DNA of 64,000 nt from the NCBI RefSeq assembly GCF_009834535.1, contig NC_045706.1, positions 28,894,001 through 28,958,000 on the forward strand, given 5' to 3'. The number at the start of each line of letters is the position of its first letter. Position 1 is the first letter of the stretch. Below the pieces are notes generated by a model that saw only the letters and a program-made list of their open reading frames with translations, did not search any database and had not been told where the DNA came from. Positions 52,346-64,000 of this stretch are shown here, in pieces. Both the position numbers and the translations under genes were made by a program. Origin of the DNA: Camelus ferus (Eukaryota).

Positions 52346-53879
52346 AGGACTTCTCCTCAAACAAAGACGCTTGATTTATGGCCCAAGGTAACTCACTACT
52401 GTTATCTTGATTCCGATTAGCAAGAAAGGGAGAAGAAGGAAAGGCACATCTCTTCCTTTTAGGGGCCTGGCTTGAGATCTGCACACATCTCTTCTGCTCA
52501 TGTTTCATTGGCCAGAACTAAGTCACAAGACCTAATTGCTAGAAGGCAGAATCTTTATTTTTGACAGCCCCGTGCTCCACTAAATTTGAGAGTTCTATTA
52601 CTGTAGAAGGCAAGAATGGATACTTGAGATCATTACTGTTTATTTCTTAATTGAATCTAAGAATATTTTTAAAAAAACTCCCAATTAAATTGTGACAATG
52701 CTTTATTGCTTAGAATTTTTATTGTGTACTTACTGAAATAGAAATTTTTGATTTACTTATACATGAACATAATTATATATCACTTTTGGGCAAATATAAA
52801 AAGGGACAGGTAAGCAAAATAAATCATCTAAGGTTTGTAAAATTTTTTTCACATTCAGATCTGACTGTTTTCAGTCACTTTAACTCAGAGGCATAATAAA
52901 TATCTGAATTTTTTTTATCCAGTGTCATCCTCTGTACCATAAAGTGATTGTGATGCAGCATTTCTTTAGGAAATGCTTTATATTACCTCCAGGATATTAT
53001 TACACACAGCTGACACCCATTCTGCAGGTTTCAGTGCTGGCTATGACTAAAAGAAATTACTAAACTGGCACTGACAAACTGCACAGCTATGGGTCTAACT
53101 AAAAAGTAGGGTTCTATAAGTGTAGAAGAAGAGGGAAATGGATATCAAAGGACAATTAGGAGTCTCAGGAACATAGTCACCATTCCCATATCATACCTAC
53201 AAGGTAAATGAAACCCAGAGAATGGACTAATTTGCCCAACGACACAAAATTACTAAGTCATGGAGCCAGAATCATGTTCAGGTGGATTCAGATTTACAAA
53301 ACTCCAAAGCACAAATCCAGAATTTACAAGGCCTTTAGGAAATTGGCATATTCATATCCTGTTTGTGGGAGTATAAGTCACCACAACATTTTAGGAAGTG
53401 GTGATTTAGCGGTATCTGTCAAAATTTTAGATGAGCTTCTCTTTAAATCCAACAGTTCTTCCAGGAACTTAGTCTATAGAAATCAGCACAAATGTGCAAA
53501 GATACACATTTAGGATCTACACAAGTAATATTTACAGGCTTTAAATTAGAAACTAGTGTTGCAAATAAGGGCATGGGTAGGGTGGTCTGGGGACGGCGGC
53601 AGGTACATTGAAATTCCTGAGCCAGCAGTAGCAATATTGTCTTTGGTGCAAGCCACAGTGTCTATCACCAGCTGTCACAGCAGTGATGTCGCACTAGACC
53701 AGCTCCGTGGTGGGATTTCGGGGGTTTGTCTTAGTGAATAAGTCTCCAAAATGGGTTCTCTGGTAATCCCAAAGATTCTGTCTTTGGGCTGCCAAATATT
53801 TTTCAGTAAATTCCTTTTCTCCTTAAACTGTTACACTGGTTTCTTCTGGTTGCAACTAAGAACTGTAACTGATACACTG

Positions 53880-54260
53880 GCCTCATTTCTTTTCCTCTAA
53901 AGTACCAAGTTGTTACTGCCTTAGGATCTTTGGTCCTGGTGTTCCCTTTGCTATGATCTCACAGGGCTGTTTCCTTTGTATCACTCAGGATTTGGGTGTC
54001 ACCTGTGGAAAATACAGCCCAGATACCCCAATCTCAAGAAGTTCTACACCCACACTTTTCACTCTCTTTCAAATCTCCATGTTTTATTGTCTTCACAAAA
54101 CTTTTCACAAGATAAAATTATTTAGCTCACACTTACTTGTTTTCTTGTTTATTTCTTCCCCTCCCACAAATAGAAACTCCAGAAATTACCTTGCCTGGAA
54201 AAGTGTCTGGCACTTAGTGTGGGCACAATAGTTTTTGCTGAATTAGTAAATGAATGGAAG
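53880..54260 (+). mobile_element. L2 3' end
   Basis: gtgtctggcacttagtgtgggcacaatagtttttgctgaat..aatgaatg. Confidence 0.65.
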
Positions 54261-54849
54261 AATTTTATATCTTTATTTTGTAACATCATGAAATTGGGAA
54301 TATCCTTTGAGTATCCATAAATAGAAAATTGGCTAAAGAAACTGTGGCACAGCTATAAAAAGAATATTGTGTACCTTTTAAACAGATGAAGTACATTGTA
54401 AATATCTTAATATTTAAAGAATTCCACAATAGATTGCTGAGTAAAATAGCAAAATGTAAATGAAAGTAAGTTATAAGGTTATATGATTTCATATGTGTAA
54501 CATGCCTAGAAAAAATATGGGAAGATATTAAGCAAATATGTTGAGTACTTAACTCAGTATAATGGGAATACTAAGGTGGAAAGAGAAATCTCCCACTTCC
54601 TGCATAACAGTTTTTTGGGGTTTTTCTTCAACAATCATGTATGCATTAAGTTTTCTTTTAATTTCAAACAAACAAACTAGTTTGAAAAAGATAAATTAAT
54701 TGGAAAAATATCAAGGTATGATATCCTTTGTAATGAACAGAAGAGTAAATACATAACTACTGAAAAGGCAGGAATATTACTGGGTATCAGAAACTCCTAG
54801 AATCAGAGATATAAAAATTCTTAGATCTCTTTCTATCAATCTCTTATCT

Positions 54850-55470
54850 TTGCATGTGAGCTTCACTCTATCTCACTGCTGTGCTTCTGCTGCCCAAATC
54901 TAGAACTGGTAATGGTAGCTAAGCACTAGAGGAGGCTACCCACTTCGGCCTCATCAAAGACTTCATCGAACCATCCACAGAGCCTGTGTACTTAGCTGTT
55001 TGTCATAGGTGGAGGAGGAAGTAGTAAGACAGATAGTTTGTAAAAACCCATACAAGTGGCATTCGAATTGGTACTCTGAGTTCTCTTGCTTCAGCAGGAT
55101 ACATTTAGAATAATGTAAATGATTCAAGATTCCAATGGTGGACATCCATGGTGGAAACTTTTATACCGTCATCAGGGTAACTGACTGTCTTTTAGATCAC
55201 CGATGTCCTTATGTCCATGCAGCCTGCAGCTAACAGCTCATCTTTAAGCCCTGCTGAGAAACCTTCTACAAACTGGGAACTGGTATGTAACTCCAAACAG
55301 GGACTGCCAACAGCTGTAGTACTATATCATTTCTCATAAACTTTGGTTAAATCTTAATCACATTTATTTAGATGGTTGTTATCTTTACATAACATCTTTG
55401 CCCAAATCAGTCAGTCCCACCAAAATCCATATGGGAGTCTGTTAAAGCTGTTCCTTTCAAAGTGGACTAC
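54850..55470 (-). mobile_element. Degraded LTR-retroelement pol relic (RT, thumb, tether, RNase H), class III/ERV-L-like
   Basis: Ordered peptide remnants across frameshifts: FNRLPYGF, QSLFGV.YQF.QFVEGFS, WT.GH, SYPDD, YPAEAR, FECHL, VDGSMKSLMRPKWVA. Confidence 0.65.
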
Positions 55471-56723
55471 CTGCTGGTTTGTTTGTTTTATTTCAGTGTC
55501 TTAAGGATTACTGCTTTCCCATGTCCCATCCAATGTGGGTTATCAGACAGGTGAGAGGGTTCTGCTCCACACAGATACTTAGGACTTAGGTTCCTTATAT
55601 CTAATGGCTCCACCTCCCCAAAGGGGCTCAGAGTCCCTCATATTCTCGACATCTGGACTTCAGAAAAAGAAAAGTAGGAAGAATAAAGAAGCCAACACCT
55701 ACTCTTAATCATCGCAACCTAAAAATGACATACATCACTTCTTATATTCCACTGGTGATGTATGACCCCATGTAGAAACAAGGGAAGCTGGGAAATATAG
55801 TCTGGCTGTGTACCCAGGAGGAACAGGAGAAAATGGCTATTGATAGTTGCTATTCATTTCTTACCAGTTGATATTAAAGAGCTTATTGTATTTTTCAGAT
55901 GCTTATTTCTAAAAGCCATCATTAGCACAAATAATACCATGATTGCACAACTGTTTTAGCAGGTTCACATTCTATATTAATTGAAGCTCCTTTGGTTGCA
56001 AATATCAGAAATCCAGTGTAAATAAAAAGGATTTATTTGCTTACATAAGCAAACCTCAGATAGTGGAGGGACAGAGCCAACCTTAGGGACAACTAGAATA
56101 ATCGGATTTTCCCTCTTCGTTGATGATCTCTGTTTTTCTCTTTGTGCACTGACTTGCTTCTTTAAAACTATATATCCACATGTTAGGAGACATGTCCTAA
56201 GTTCCAAACATCTCTCTAATCAGCTCCAGTTCTAGAAATGGTGGAAATAGACTACAATAAGCCCAAGAGTCATTCCCACCATTCAATGTGATTATCTTAA
56301 CCCTGAGCTTGGGCTCACCAGGTGCTGTCTTGTGCCTACGTGAACTGAGGTAAGCAGAAATGATAACATGCTACTCTGGCAGTAATTAACTTACCAATTC
56401 ATCACTATAAAGAAGGTCTCAGTTCTCTCCCTGCTGTTACCATGGTAAAGGCAATGATTCGATCAATACTCAAGAAAATTAAAAGTTCTGGCAGAATAGT
56501 GAAACCACAGAAGATTTACAATCTTTGTAGTGTTTGGCACCCTTTCAACAGCTATGAAGCAAAAATGGAACTTTTTATTAGAAGGTGAAAAGAAGTACTT
56601 GAAACATTCAGCACATTACTGTACTAGGATGCTTTAGAAAAGGTTTCACACAGTCAAAATATATTCTTCATAACAGGGATTGCTAGCAGTTCCCCAATAT
56701 TTCCATTCCCCTCTGCTTTTGGA

Positions 56724-56858
56724 GCAGGAGTTAGCAAACTTTTTCTTAAAGGACTAGACAGTAAATATTTTAGGTTTGCTATATGGTTATATGCCCAATG
56801 GATCTGTCACAACTACTCTCAACTCTGCTATTATAGCACAATGGCAGCCTCAGACAAC
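56724..56858 (-). mobile_element. MER58-like fragment
   Basis: caggagttagcaaactttttc..aaaggactagacagtaaatattttaggtttgc. Confidence 0.75.
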
Positions 56859-57212
56859 ACCAAAAGCACAAGCAACAAAAGAAAAAAATAGATAAACTAT
56901 CATTACCAAAATTACAAACTTTTGTGATTCAAAGGGCACCAAAAAGAAAATTTTAAAAAGCCAGTGGCAGAATAGAAGAAAGTATTTGTAAATTACATTT
57001 CTGATAAGGGGCTTATATCTACAATACGATACAATACAAACTATTAAAATTCAACAACAAAATATAAATAACCCAATTTAAAAATGGAGAAAGGATCTGT
57101 ACAGAAATTTCTCCGAAGAAGATATACAAATGGCCAATAAGCTCATGAAAAGATGCTGAACATCTTCAGTTATTAGGGAAATGCAAACCAAAGCCACAAT
57201 GAGATACTGGCT
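56859..57212 (+). mobile_element. L1 ORF2 fragment
   Basis: caccaaaagcacaagcaacaaaag...agggaaatgcaaaccaaagccacaatgagatac. Confidence 0.85.
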
Positions 57213-58261
57213 TACTTTAAAAAAAAAATGCTACCTTTCTCAGCCTCTCTTGCAGAAGCTTGTGTACAACCTTTGAGAAATGTCTTTAAATGGAAGAGGT
57301 GTGCTTTTCTTTGAATTTGCTCATCCTTCCTGTTCACTGGAATGGCCAGAGCGCTAGTAGCCACCTTGGACAATGAAATGACTTTGGAAAATGAAGGCCA
57401 CACATAGTTGACAACAAGAGAACAGGAGCCTGGAATTCTCACCCCATGAATCATTATACTAACCCCAAACTGATTTCATCCAGATTTCTCGAAAGAAAAA
57501 AATAAATAAATCTATGTCATGTTTAAGTACCTTTTATTTTAGAGCCTTCTGTTACTCTATGCTCACAATTGAATCTAGTTCCAACTACTAAAACCTTCTA
57601 GGAATTAAAAAAAAAAAGTTAGCTAGGCTTCCTGGAGAGGTTCAAGTGGATGCCATGGACATCCAACACCCAATTCTATGAACACAAACATCCAATTCTC
57701 TCTCACGTGTTCACATTTCATTCTTATACTTAATCTTACTCAAAAGGCCAAGAAATGACCACATTTCATTCTTAATGTACTGGCATTTGGATCTAGTCTC
57801 ACAACTACTTGGGTTCACATGTGTAAGAAAAATATAGGAAGATATATTCTCTGATTAACCAATCCTGTGTAACTATTTTTATGTCAAATTTCATAAATAT
57901 AAGTGGTACCATACAGAATAGTCCAAGTGTTTGCTAAATCCCTGTTTAGTCCAAGTCCTGATCACCATGTACACACATAGCTTATAGTGGATTTCTCTAT
58001 GGGTCAGGTAGTGTCAGCATTAGCTTGTGACTTCCTCTGCTCTGCAGGACAGAAGACAACAGTCCTCTGGGTGGGTCTAGCTTTACCTTGACAAGATTAA
58101 AAGAGCCCTAAGAGTGGCACTAAGGATCTCCTTATTTAATGTAATGTTTACTTTTGTTCATAAAAAGATACAGATAACACTATAGCATATCTTATCCTTA
58201 AGGGTGTGAGGCATGGAACAGACCCACTATTCTTATGATCCCTGTGTTCCAAGTCACACTC

Positions 58262-58672
58262 TGTTATGAGTTAAATGTTTGTGTCCCCCTAAAATTTATA
58301 TGTTGAAGCCCCAACCTTCAGTGTAGTTGTATTTGGAGATGAGGCCCCTGAGGAAGTCATTAAGGTTCAATAAGGTCAGAAGAGTGGGGCCCTGATTTGA
58401 TAGGATTAGTGTCCTTACAAGAAGTGACACCAAAGACATGCTTCTCTCTCTCTTTCTCTACACACACACACCCCGCACACTGAGAAAAGCCCATGTGAGG
58501 ACACAGCAAGAAGACGACTATCTACAAGGCAGGAAGAGAGTTCTTACCAGAAACAGAATTAGCCAGAACCTTGATCTTGAACCTCTGGCCTCCAGAACTG
58601 TGAGAAAATTAATTTTTGTGGTTGCAATCACCCAGTGTTATTCTGTTATGGCAGCCCAAGCAGATTAATACA
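58262..58672 (+). mobile_element. MLT1A-like MaLR solo LTR with perfect 5-bp TSD
   Basis: TG...CA termini (tgttatg...taataca), CACTC at 58257-58261 and 58673-58677, 411 bp. Confidence 0.9.
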
Positions 58673-58889
58673 CACTCCAAAAGGACAGTGTGGAAAAGAT
58701 TCTGCTTCAGTATCATTTCCCATTGTCCTCTGATAAAATCCACTTAAACACTGGCATGGTCATAAGCCGGCTTCACATACTCTGGACCTGCTTGGTATTT
58801 AAAACTGACTCTCACTCCCACGGGTGATTTTTTTGGGGTTCTGGGAGGCTCCTCAGCAGGGAGCCTCTGACTGCAACTCCTGTGACATG

Positions 58890-59001
58890 TAGAATGACCA
58901 ATCATCCTGAATTGCCTGCAACTAGGGGTTCCTGGGACTCAAGATTTTTGGTACTAAAGCAGGGAACGTTCCAGGCAAACTTGGACAAGTTAGTCACCCT
59001 A
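58890..59001. mobile_element. MER81-like hAT MITE
   Basis: Imperfect TIRs tagaatgacc / gtcacccta and inner ttgcctg / caggcaaa. Confidence 0.7.
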
Positions 59002-59559
59002 GATGGGCAATACAGTCTATTCCCCAAGTTACTGCTCCACCTACAGTTCTGGATTTTCTAATAATCCACACCACATAGATTCTCTCTGTTGGAGACCCAT
59101 CTCTCTTCCAGGCAACCCTCCAGGGAACGAGTCAAAAAGGCTCCAGGCCAGCCCTCTTTCTCTCATGTGGTCCACACACATCTGGCGCATGAGAAACACT
59201 CAAACATCATTTGTCCTAATGGCAGTGACAGCTGACCCCAGTATACCAACTCTCCTTTACTCCTCTGCCAAAACTTCTCACTGACCCATTTCTCCTACCC
59301 CTAGAATTTGCAAGATGTTAAGTCAGACACCACCATACCTCTCAAAATCCAGGGGACATATATCAAACTCTCTGAGTAGTGCCATTGAAGCCTCACTCAC
59401 CAGACTCGAAGGGACGTGGGAAAGCATAACAGTGGCTCTCTCCAAAACTCCTCATGAAATCATCTCTTTCAAAATCTTCTTTTAAGCCTGAAACTGGTGA
59501 AAAGTTCCAATAATTGAAAAACCAGTTCTTGGATTGTGGTTACCAAATACAGGGAGCAA

Positions 59560-59926
59560 AACTGATCAAAAGTCCCAGATTCTGCCATATTTGCACCAAA
59601 AGCCAAGTTTCCCATGAGCTTTTCCAGCCGATGACAGAGGGCAGCATAGACAAGAAGGTAGGCTCTTTCCTAGGACTCCTCTGATAGCAATTTTGGCTTA
59701 AGGATTCCCAACAGCCTTGCTAAATCTTGCTGAGACTGTGTAGAAATCTAAGACACTTCCACCAACATTCTCTCCCTCTCTCTTTCACTCAGTTTAAGAT
59801 TTGCATTACAGTCTGATGGCTCTCCCAGCCACCCCTGCCTCCCTCCCCAATTTCTCACAAGTGTTTCCTCCAATAAAATTCTTGCACACTTAATTTCATC
59901 TTAACAACCACCTCCCAGACTAACAT
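59560..59926 (+). mobile_element. ERV-L-type LTR
   Basis: 3' end ctccaataaaattcttgcacacttaat..catctt..gactaaca. Confidence 0.6.
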
Positions 59927-60701
59927 AGACATTTCCTTCAAAAACATGCATCTTGTCAGCACCTCAATTGGATGTTTCATAGTTGTTGCACTGTAAGGCT
60001 GCAGGTAAAACTTGCAGTTATAACCAGTTAGGCTATTAATCATGGGATGGATGAATGATATGATAAGAGGGAGCACCAGAGAAAACTATGGGATTTTAGT
60101 TTACATTTCCTGTCGCTCAAAGTTTTGTTAAAACATATATCTAATTTGTACGAGTATAAAGGTGAATTTTTGGCCAGAGTTATCATTGTGGGTGCTGAGT
60201 ATATGCGTGGGGACACTGTATATGTGAATCTACCTTTGGGTGGGCAACTGGGCTTGTGCCAGGACTTGGATGATACAGTTGCTACATGCCACCTTGGAAT
60301 TCCAAAGTAAGGTCAATGCCAATATCAGCATCTTCCTTTATTCCTCTACTTTTCTTATTTTCCTCTTCTAACGTTCCACCATATTTCTTGTTGTGCCACT
60401 GCTTGAGAGGTCACTAAAAAGCAATAGGAGGAAGTGGAATATAGAGAGAGAATAGAGAATAAAGTCTTTACTTTGACAGTCTGAAAAAGATAAATTGCTT
60501 AAAGCTATACTCCAAGGCAGAATAAAAATAGGATTCTATACTTGTTCTCCAGAATTCCAAGTACACCAAATACCCCTTCCTCTTTCTTCTTTAGGAAAAA
60601 ACCTTTTAATTGTAGTATATTTTTATACAAAAGTTCATGAAAAACATCAACTTTTAGTCATTTGCTTCATTTATCCTGTGAGGATTGTTGACCCAAACTG
60701 T

Positions 60702-60921
60702 TTTGTTTTTTTTTTTTTTGCAATTAAACTTTTTTTGTTGTAGTGTAGCTGATTTATGTTTCAGGTGTACAGCAAAGTGATTCAGTTATACATATACAGA
60801 TACATATACTATATACATATATTTTCAGGTTCTTTTCCATTATAGGTTATTACAAGATGTTGAATATAGTTCCCTGTGCTATACAATAAATCTTTCTTGT
60901 TTATCTATTTTATATATAGTA
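60702..60921 (-). mobile_element. L1 3' end with poly(T) and short TSD
   Basis: tttcaggtgtacagcaaagtgattcagttata...atagttccctgtgctataca, flanked by CCAAACTGT at 60693-60701 and 60922-60930. Confidence 0.85.
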
Positions 60922-61859
60922 CCAAACTGTATTTTGGTTATACCCTGACAGAGAACTCAATATTCTTCCAAACAAACAAGATTCCCCCATGTGACTTGCA
61001 CTAAGGGCTGTCATTTGTCAAAATGTGACAATATATCTTTGTTTCGTTATAATCGCAGGCAATTAAAAATGTATTATCATGCTCAACTTGTTTGTCTGTA
61101 TTAAAAAGATATTAGATCAGATATGGAAAATAGAAAGTAGAAGAATGTAAAAGAAATGAAAGGATTCAATGGCCACTCTTAAAATATCGTTGTTAAATTC
61201 AATGTATGTTACTGCTTTTTTTCCTATGCATAATTTGTTTTTACAAAAATATGACCTTAGTGGCTTTTCACAGTTTGTTATAGAATAACAAAGCACACTG
61301 GTTAATGCAGACATAAGATCAAAGGACTGATTCTCAGTCATATTCTAAAAAAGTGGAAACCAGAAGGAACATAACTGATTTGGTGGAAAGACCGAGAAAC
61401 AGCTGCCAACCCTTTGTTAAAGTCAGAGACTATTTGATAATGGTGATCTCCAGTTGTCTTAACAGTCCTGAACTTACAGGGGACTGAGAGGAGTTAAAAT
61501 GCTTCCCAGAGCCAGTGCCGGTTTCCTCAGTTAACCTGCGCTGCTAGAGCAGCGAGAAAAAGCCCTGCATGTGCATAGTCAAGGGTAGAAGACCAAGAGA
61601 AATTTCAGGTTATCGGGTTAGCGACAGTGACCCAGGCATATGGTTCGGCCTTGTGTCCACCGTAAAGAGAACAATGGCTGTGGCGTAGCCCCACTTCTCG
61701 GGCAGCAAGCTGCTGAGCTGAAGGTGAACAGCCCTCGCACAAGTGGCTTACCAGGACGCCGTGCAGTTTAATTTTTCTAAATGGAAGCACCACGAAGGAG
61801 GTTTACAGCAGATTCTGCAGCCAAGCTGGCAGGATTTAGACCAGCTCCACCAAAACTAG

Positions 61860-62030
61860 CTCCATGTATGATCTTAAACAAGCGACTCGCCCTCTCTGAG
61901 CCTTCGTTTCCCTATATATAGAATGGAAATGACAACACTTCTTTCTCCTGGGGCTGTTGTTGAAGAAAGATTAAGTGGTGTGGCAATGCTGGTGTTAAGC
62001 ACAATGCCTGACGTAAATAAAAAGTGTTAC
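61860..62030 (+). mobile_element. MIR SINE abutting the second CpG island
   Basis: ctctctgagccttcgtttccct..tagaatggaaatga..gctgttgt..ttaagcacaatgcctg. Confidence 0.75.
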
Positions 62031-62059
62031 AAAGAGTTGGTTGTCGTAAAGTCCAAACC

Positions 62060-62705
62060 TTTCCCGCCACCGACAGCTTCCCTACCGCACCCGCTTCAGG
62101 AAGCCTCTTCGCTTCAGTCCCGCTAAGCGGAACGCGATTCCTCCGCGCTCGCGTCACTTCCGGGAGACTCTGCGCGCGGCTGCTCGAAGTACCCGGATGC
62201 AATTGCAGTGCCTGCCGTCAGTGAGGGACCGCGATGGAGAGCGAGTCAAGAGTTTCCTGGAGAGCGCTTAGAGTCTGGGGCTTCAGGGAGGGCTGTCAGT
62301 GGACAAACGATGAGCCTGCTGGGCGGCAGGGTGTCCCGAATTGTGCTAGGAACTGCGCCTCAGCGCTTCCTGTTAACTTATGGCCAAGTTTGCCTAGAGG
62401 AACTGGCCCTCTTGGCAGGGTAGGTGTCCGCTTCCTACCCAGAACTTATTTGTGTGCCGGTTTTTTTTTCCCGTCACTTCCCGCTGCCCAGGAGCCGGGT
62501 GGGCAGTGTGGCGGCTGTCCTGGGAGGAGGGGGTGGAACGGAGAGAGGCGCGGCGTGCTGAGGACTCCGGGGCGGCCAGGCTGGGGGCGTCCCACTGAGT
62601 GCAGCCCCTAACTGCCGACCCCGTTAGAGCCTGGTCCGTAGAGGCCGAGATGCTCCGCCCTGTGGGGCACTCAGCTGGCCGTGGGGCTCTTCCCTGCCGA
62701 CCCAA
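62060..62705 (+). promoter_or_regulatory. Second CpG island, promoter-like
   Basis: CpG-dense, with ETS-CRE composite GCGTCACTTCCGG at 62151-62163, a related CGTCACTTCC at 62472-62481 and donor AGG|gtaggt at 62420. A weaker CpG patch lies at ~61515-61795. Confidence 0.8.
62165..62419 (+). ncRNA. Putative first exon of a plus-strand spliced transcript (possibly the ENTPD1-AS1 equivalent by recalled synteny)
   Basis: Lies between the ETS-CRE motif and a good 5' splice site. The identity rests only on my recollection of the human CCNJ-ZNF518A interval. Confidence 0.4.
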
Positions 62706-63216
62706 CCATACTCAACAGCTGACTTTGATCCTTGAAAATGACTACGATGTGTATAATGTAGTATGTGATTGTTGTTTTTTAATCCCAAATACAGGCAAAC
62801 TAACAGTTTAAAGTTTCAGAATTAATAGGGAAAGTTCTCATGCTGAGGCATGTTGTAGTTTTCTTTTAAGGTTTAAATTTTGATAGCGTGCTAGTGCTTG
62901 TGAAATTTTACCAAAAACATTCTTTTAAAATAACTGGTATGAGAAAATAGGCTAATATTTAAATTTTGTAGAAAATTAGTTGAACTTTGCTGCTGCGCGG
63001 TTGTCACGATGAAACACGAAGACACCAGACTCGCACCTCATAATAAGGCCTTAATTGCCAGAAGCTTCTGAAAATACAGCAATAATTCTAGGTACAGATG
63101 TATTAATTTGAGTTAGTTCTCTTGCAGGCTGTGCTATAGGCTTTGTCATTCTGGTGAAACAGGAACAAATGTGAGTTGATTCATTAACATTCCCTAATAG
63201 TTAAAATTACTGTTTA

Positions 63217-63263
63217 TTTTTATTTATTTATTTTAAAACATTTTTTATTGAGTTATAGTCATT
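63217..63263 (-). mobile_element. Ultra-short L1 3' tail
   Basis: The reverse complement contains aatgactataactcaataaaaa, as at the end of the L1 at 746-1710, plus an A-rich tail. Flanked by TTAAAATTACT at 63201-63211 and 63264-63274. Confidence 0.8.
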
Positions 63264-63871
63264 TTAAAATTACTTTTTAAATGCTCAACTGTGTCTATTG
63301 GATTCAGAATTTCAGTTGAAACCATTTTTATTTGTCTGAAATATGTGATATACTGATAATACATAATACACATACAGAATATTACTGTTTTTAAAGAAAC
63401 AACTATGGAAACTAATATTTCAAGGAGGTTGATTTACAAATATAACTTATTAAAATTTGGATTTTTTTCCCTTAAATTCAAAATTAGAAGAACTCATCTA
63501 AAAAGTCTTTAAAATGAAGAAAAAAGGAAAATGTAGACATTTACCTCTTCTCTAAATAGTCAATTGTTTGAACAGAAAATAAAATGACAGAAAGCACCTA
63601 AGATTTGTTTTTACAATTATATACTATGTGCAAAGCACTGAGTTGGTAGTAGATGAGAAGGTGCTTTACGATATATGAAGTAATATATAAAGTAACATAC
63701 AAATCTTGAAGTTATTAGTCTCACTCTTCCAGCCAAGTCATGTCTCCGTATGGTACATTTTAACCTCCAAAACTTGCGGTTCTTGTATTAGTATTAATAT
63801 ATACAGTTACAATAGTATTTTAAAGAAACCCCAAATAAATGATGTTTATACATTTTAAATACTTTGTCTTG

Positions 63872-63918
63872 TTTATATGTAACTTGAGATTGAGATTTAT
63901 ATGTAACTTGAGATTGAG
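63872..63918. repeat. Tandem duplication, 24-bp period
   Basis: TTTATATGTAACTTGAGATTGAG occurs twice, separated by one A. Confidence 0.9.
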
Positions 63919-64000
63919 TGCATTTGTACACATTAGAGTATTCAGTAATTTGATGGTCATGGATGGGGGGGGTTAGAGTCTTACTTTTTGTGTGGTTTCT

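Noticed and set aside
1..64000. tRNA, rRNA, CRISPR arrays or prokaryote-type systems
   Set aside because: None seen; this is a mammalian locus and the direct repeats found are TSDs or simple duplications.

Overview
Mammalian genomic DNA. A cetartiodactyl, probably camelid, origin is inferred from the style of the young L1 3' UTRs and from seeing no Alu, B1, BovB, PRE-1 or Can-SINE. The only well-supported protein-coding gene is ZNF518A on the minus strand, with its whole 1489-aa CDS in one exon (13621..9152). It has a ~3 kb 3' UTR with several candidate poly(A) sites, predicted non-coding 5' UTR exons at ~13.9-14.3 kb and ~31-32.5 kb, and a CpG-island promoter at ~33.2-34.1 kb. A second CpG island at ~62.1-62.7 kb looks like the promoter and first exon of a plus-strand transcript with no recognisable protein. 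The rest is layered transposon debris (L1, L2, MIR, hAT DNA elements, MaLR/ERV-L LTRs). The best leads are: an exact histone H3 QTARKS mimic and PxVxL motifs in ZNF518A; a uORF-rich 5' UTR with an exonised MIR; an AG|GTGAGT dual splice site at the start of the coding exon; the orphan ETS-CRE promoter; a degraded class III retroviral pol relic; and two direct-repeat L1 copies flanking the CDS. Repeat family names come from by-eye recognition and exon calls from splice motifs only. I cannot establish a wholly new biological system from the sequence alone.
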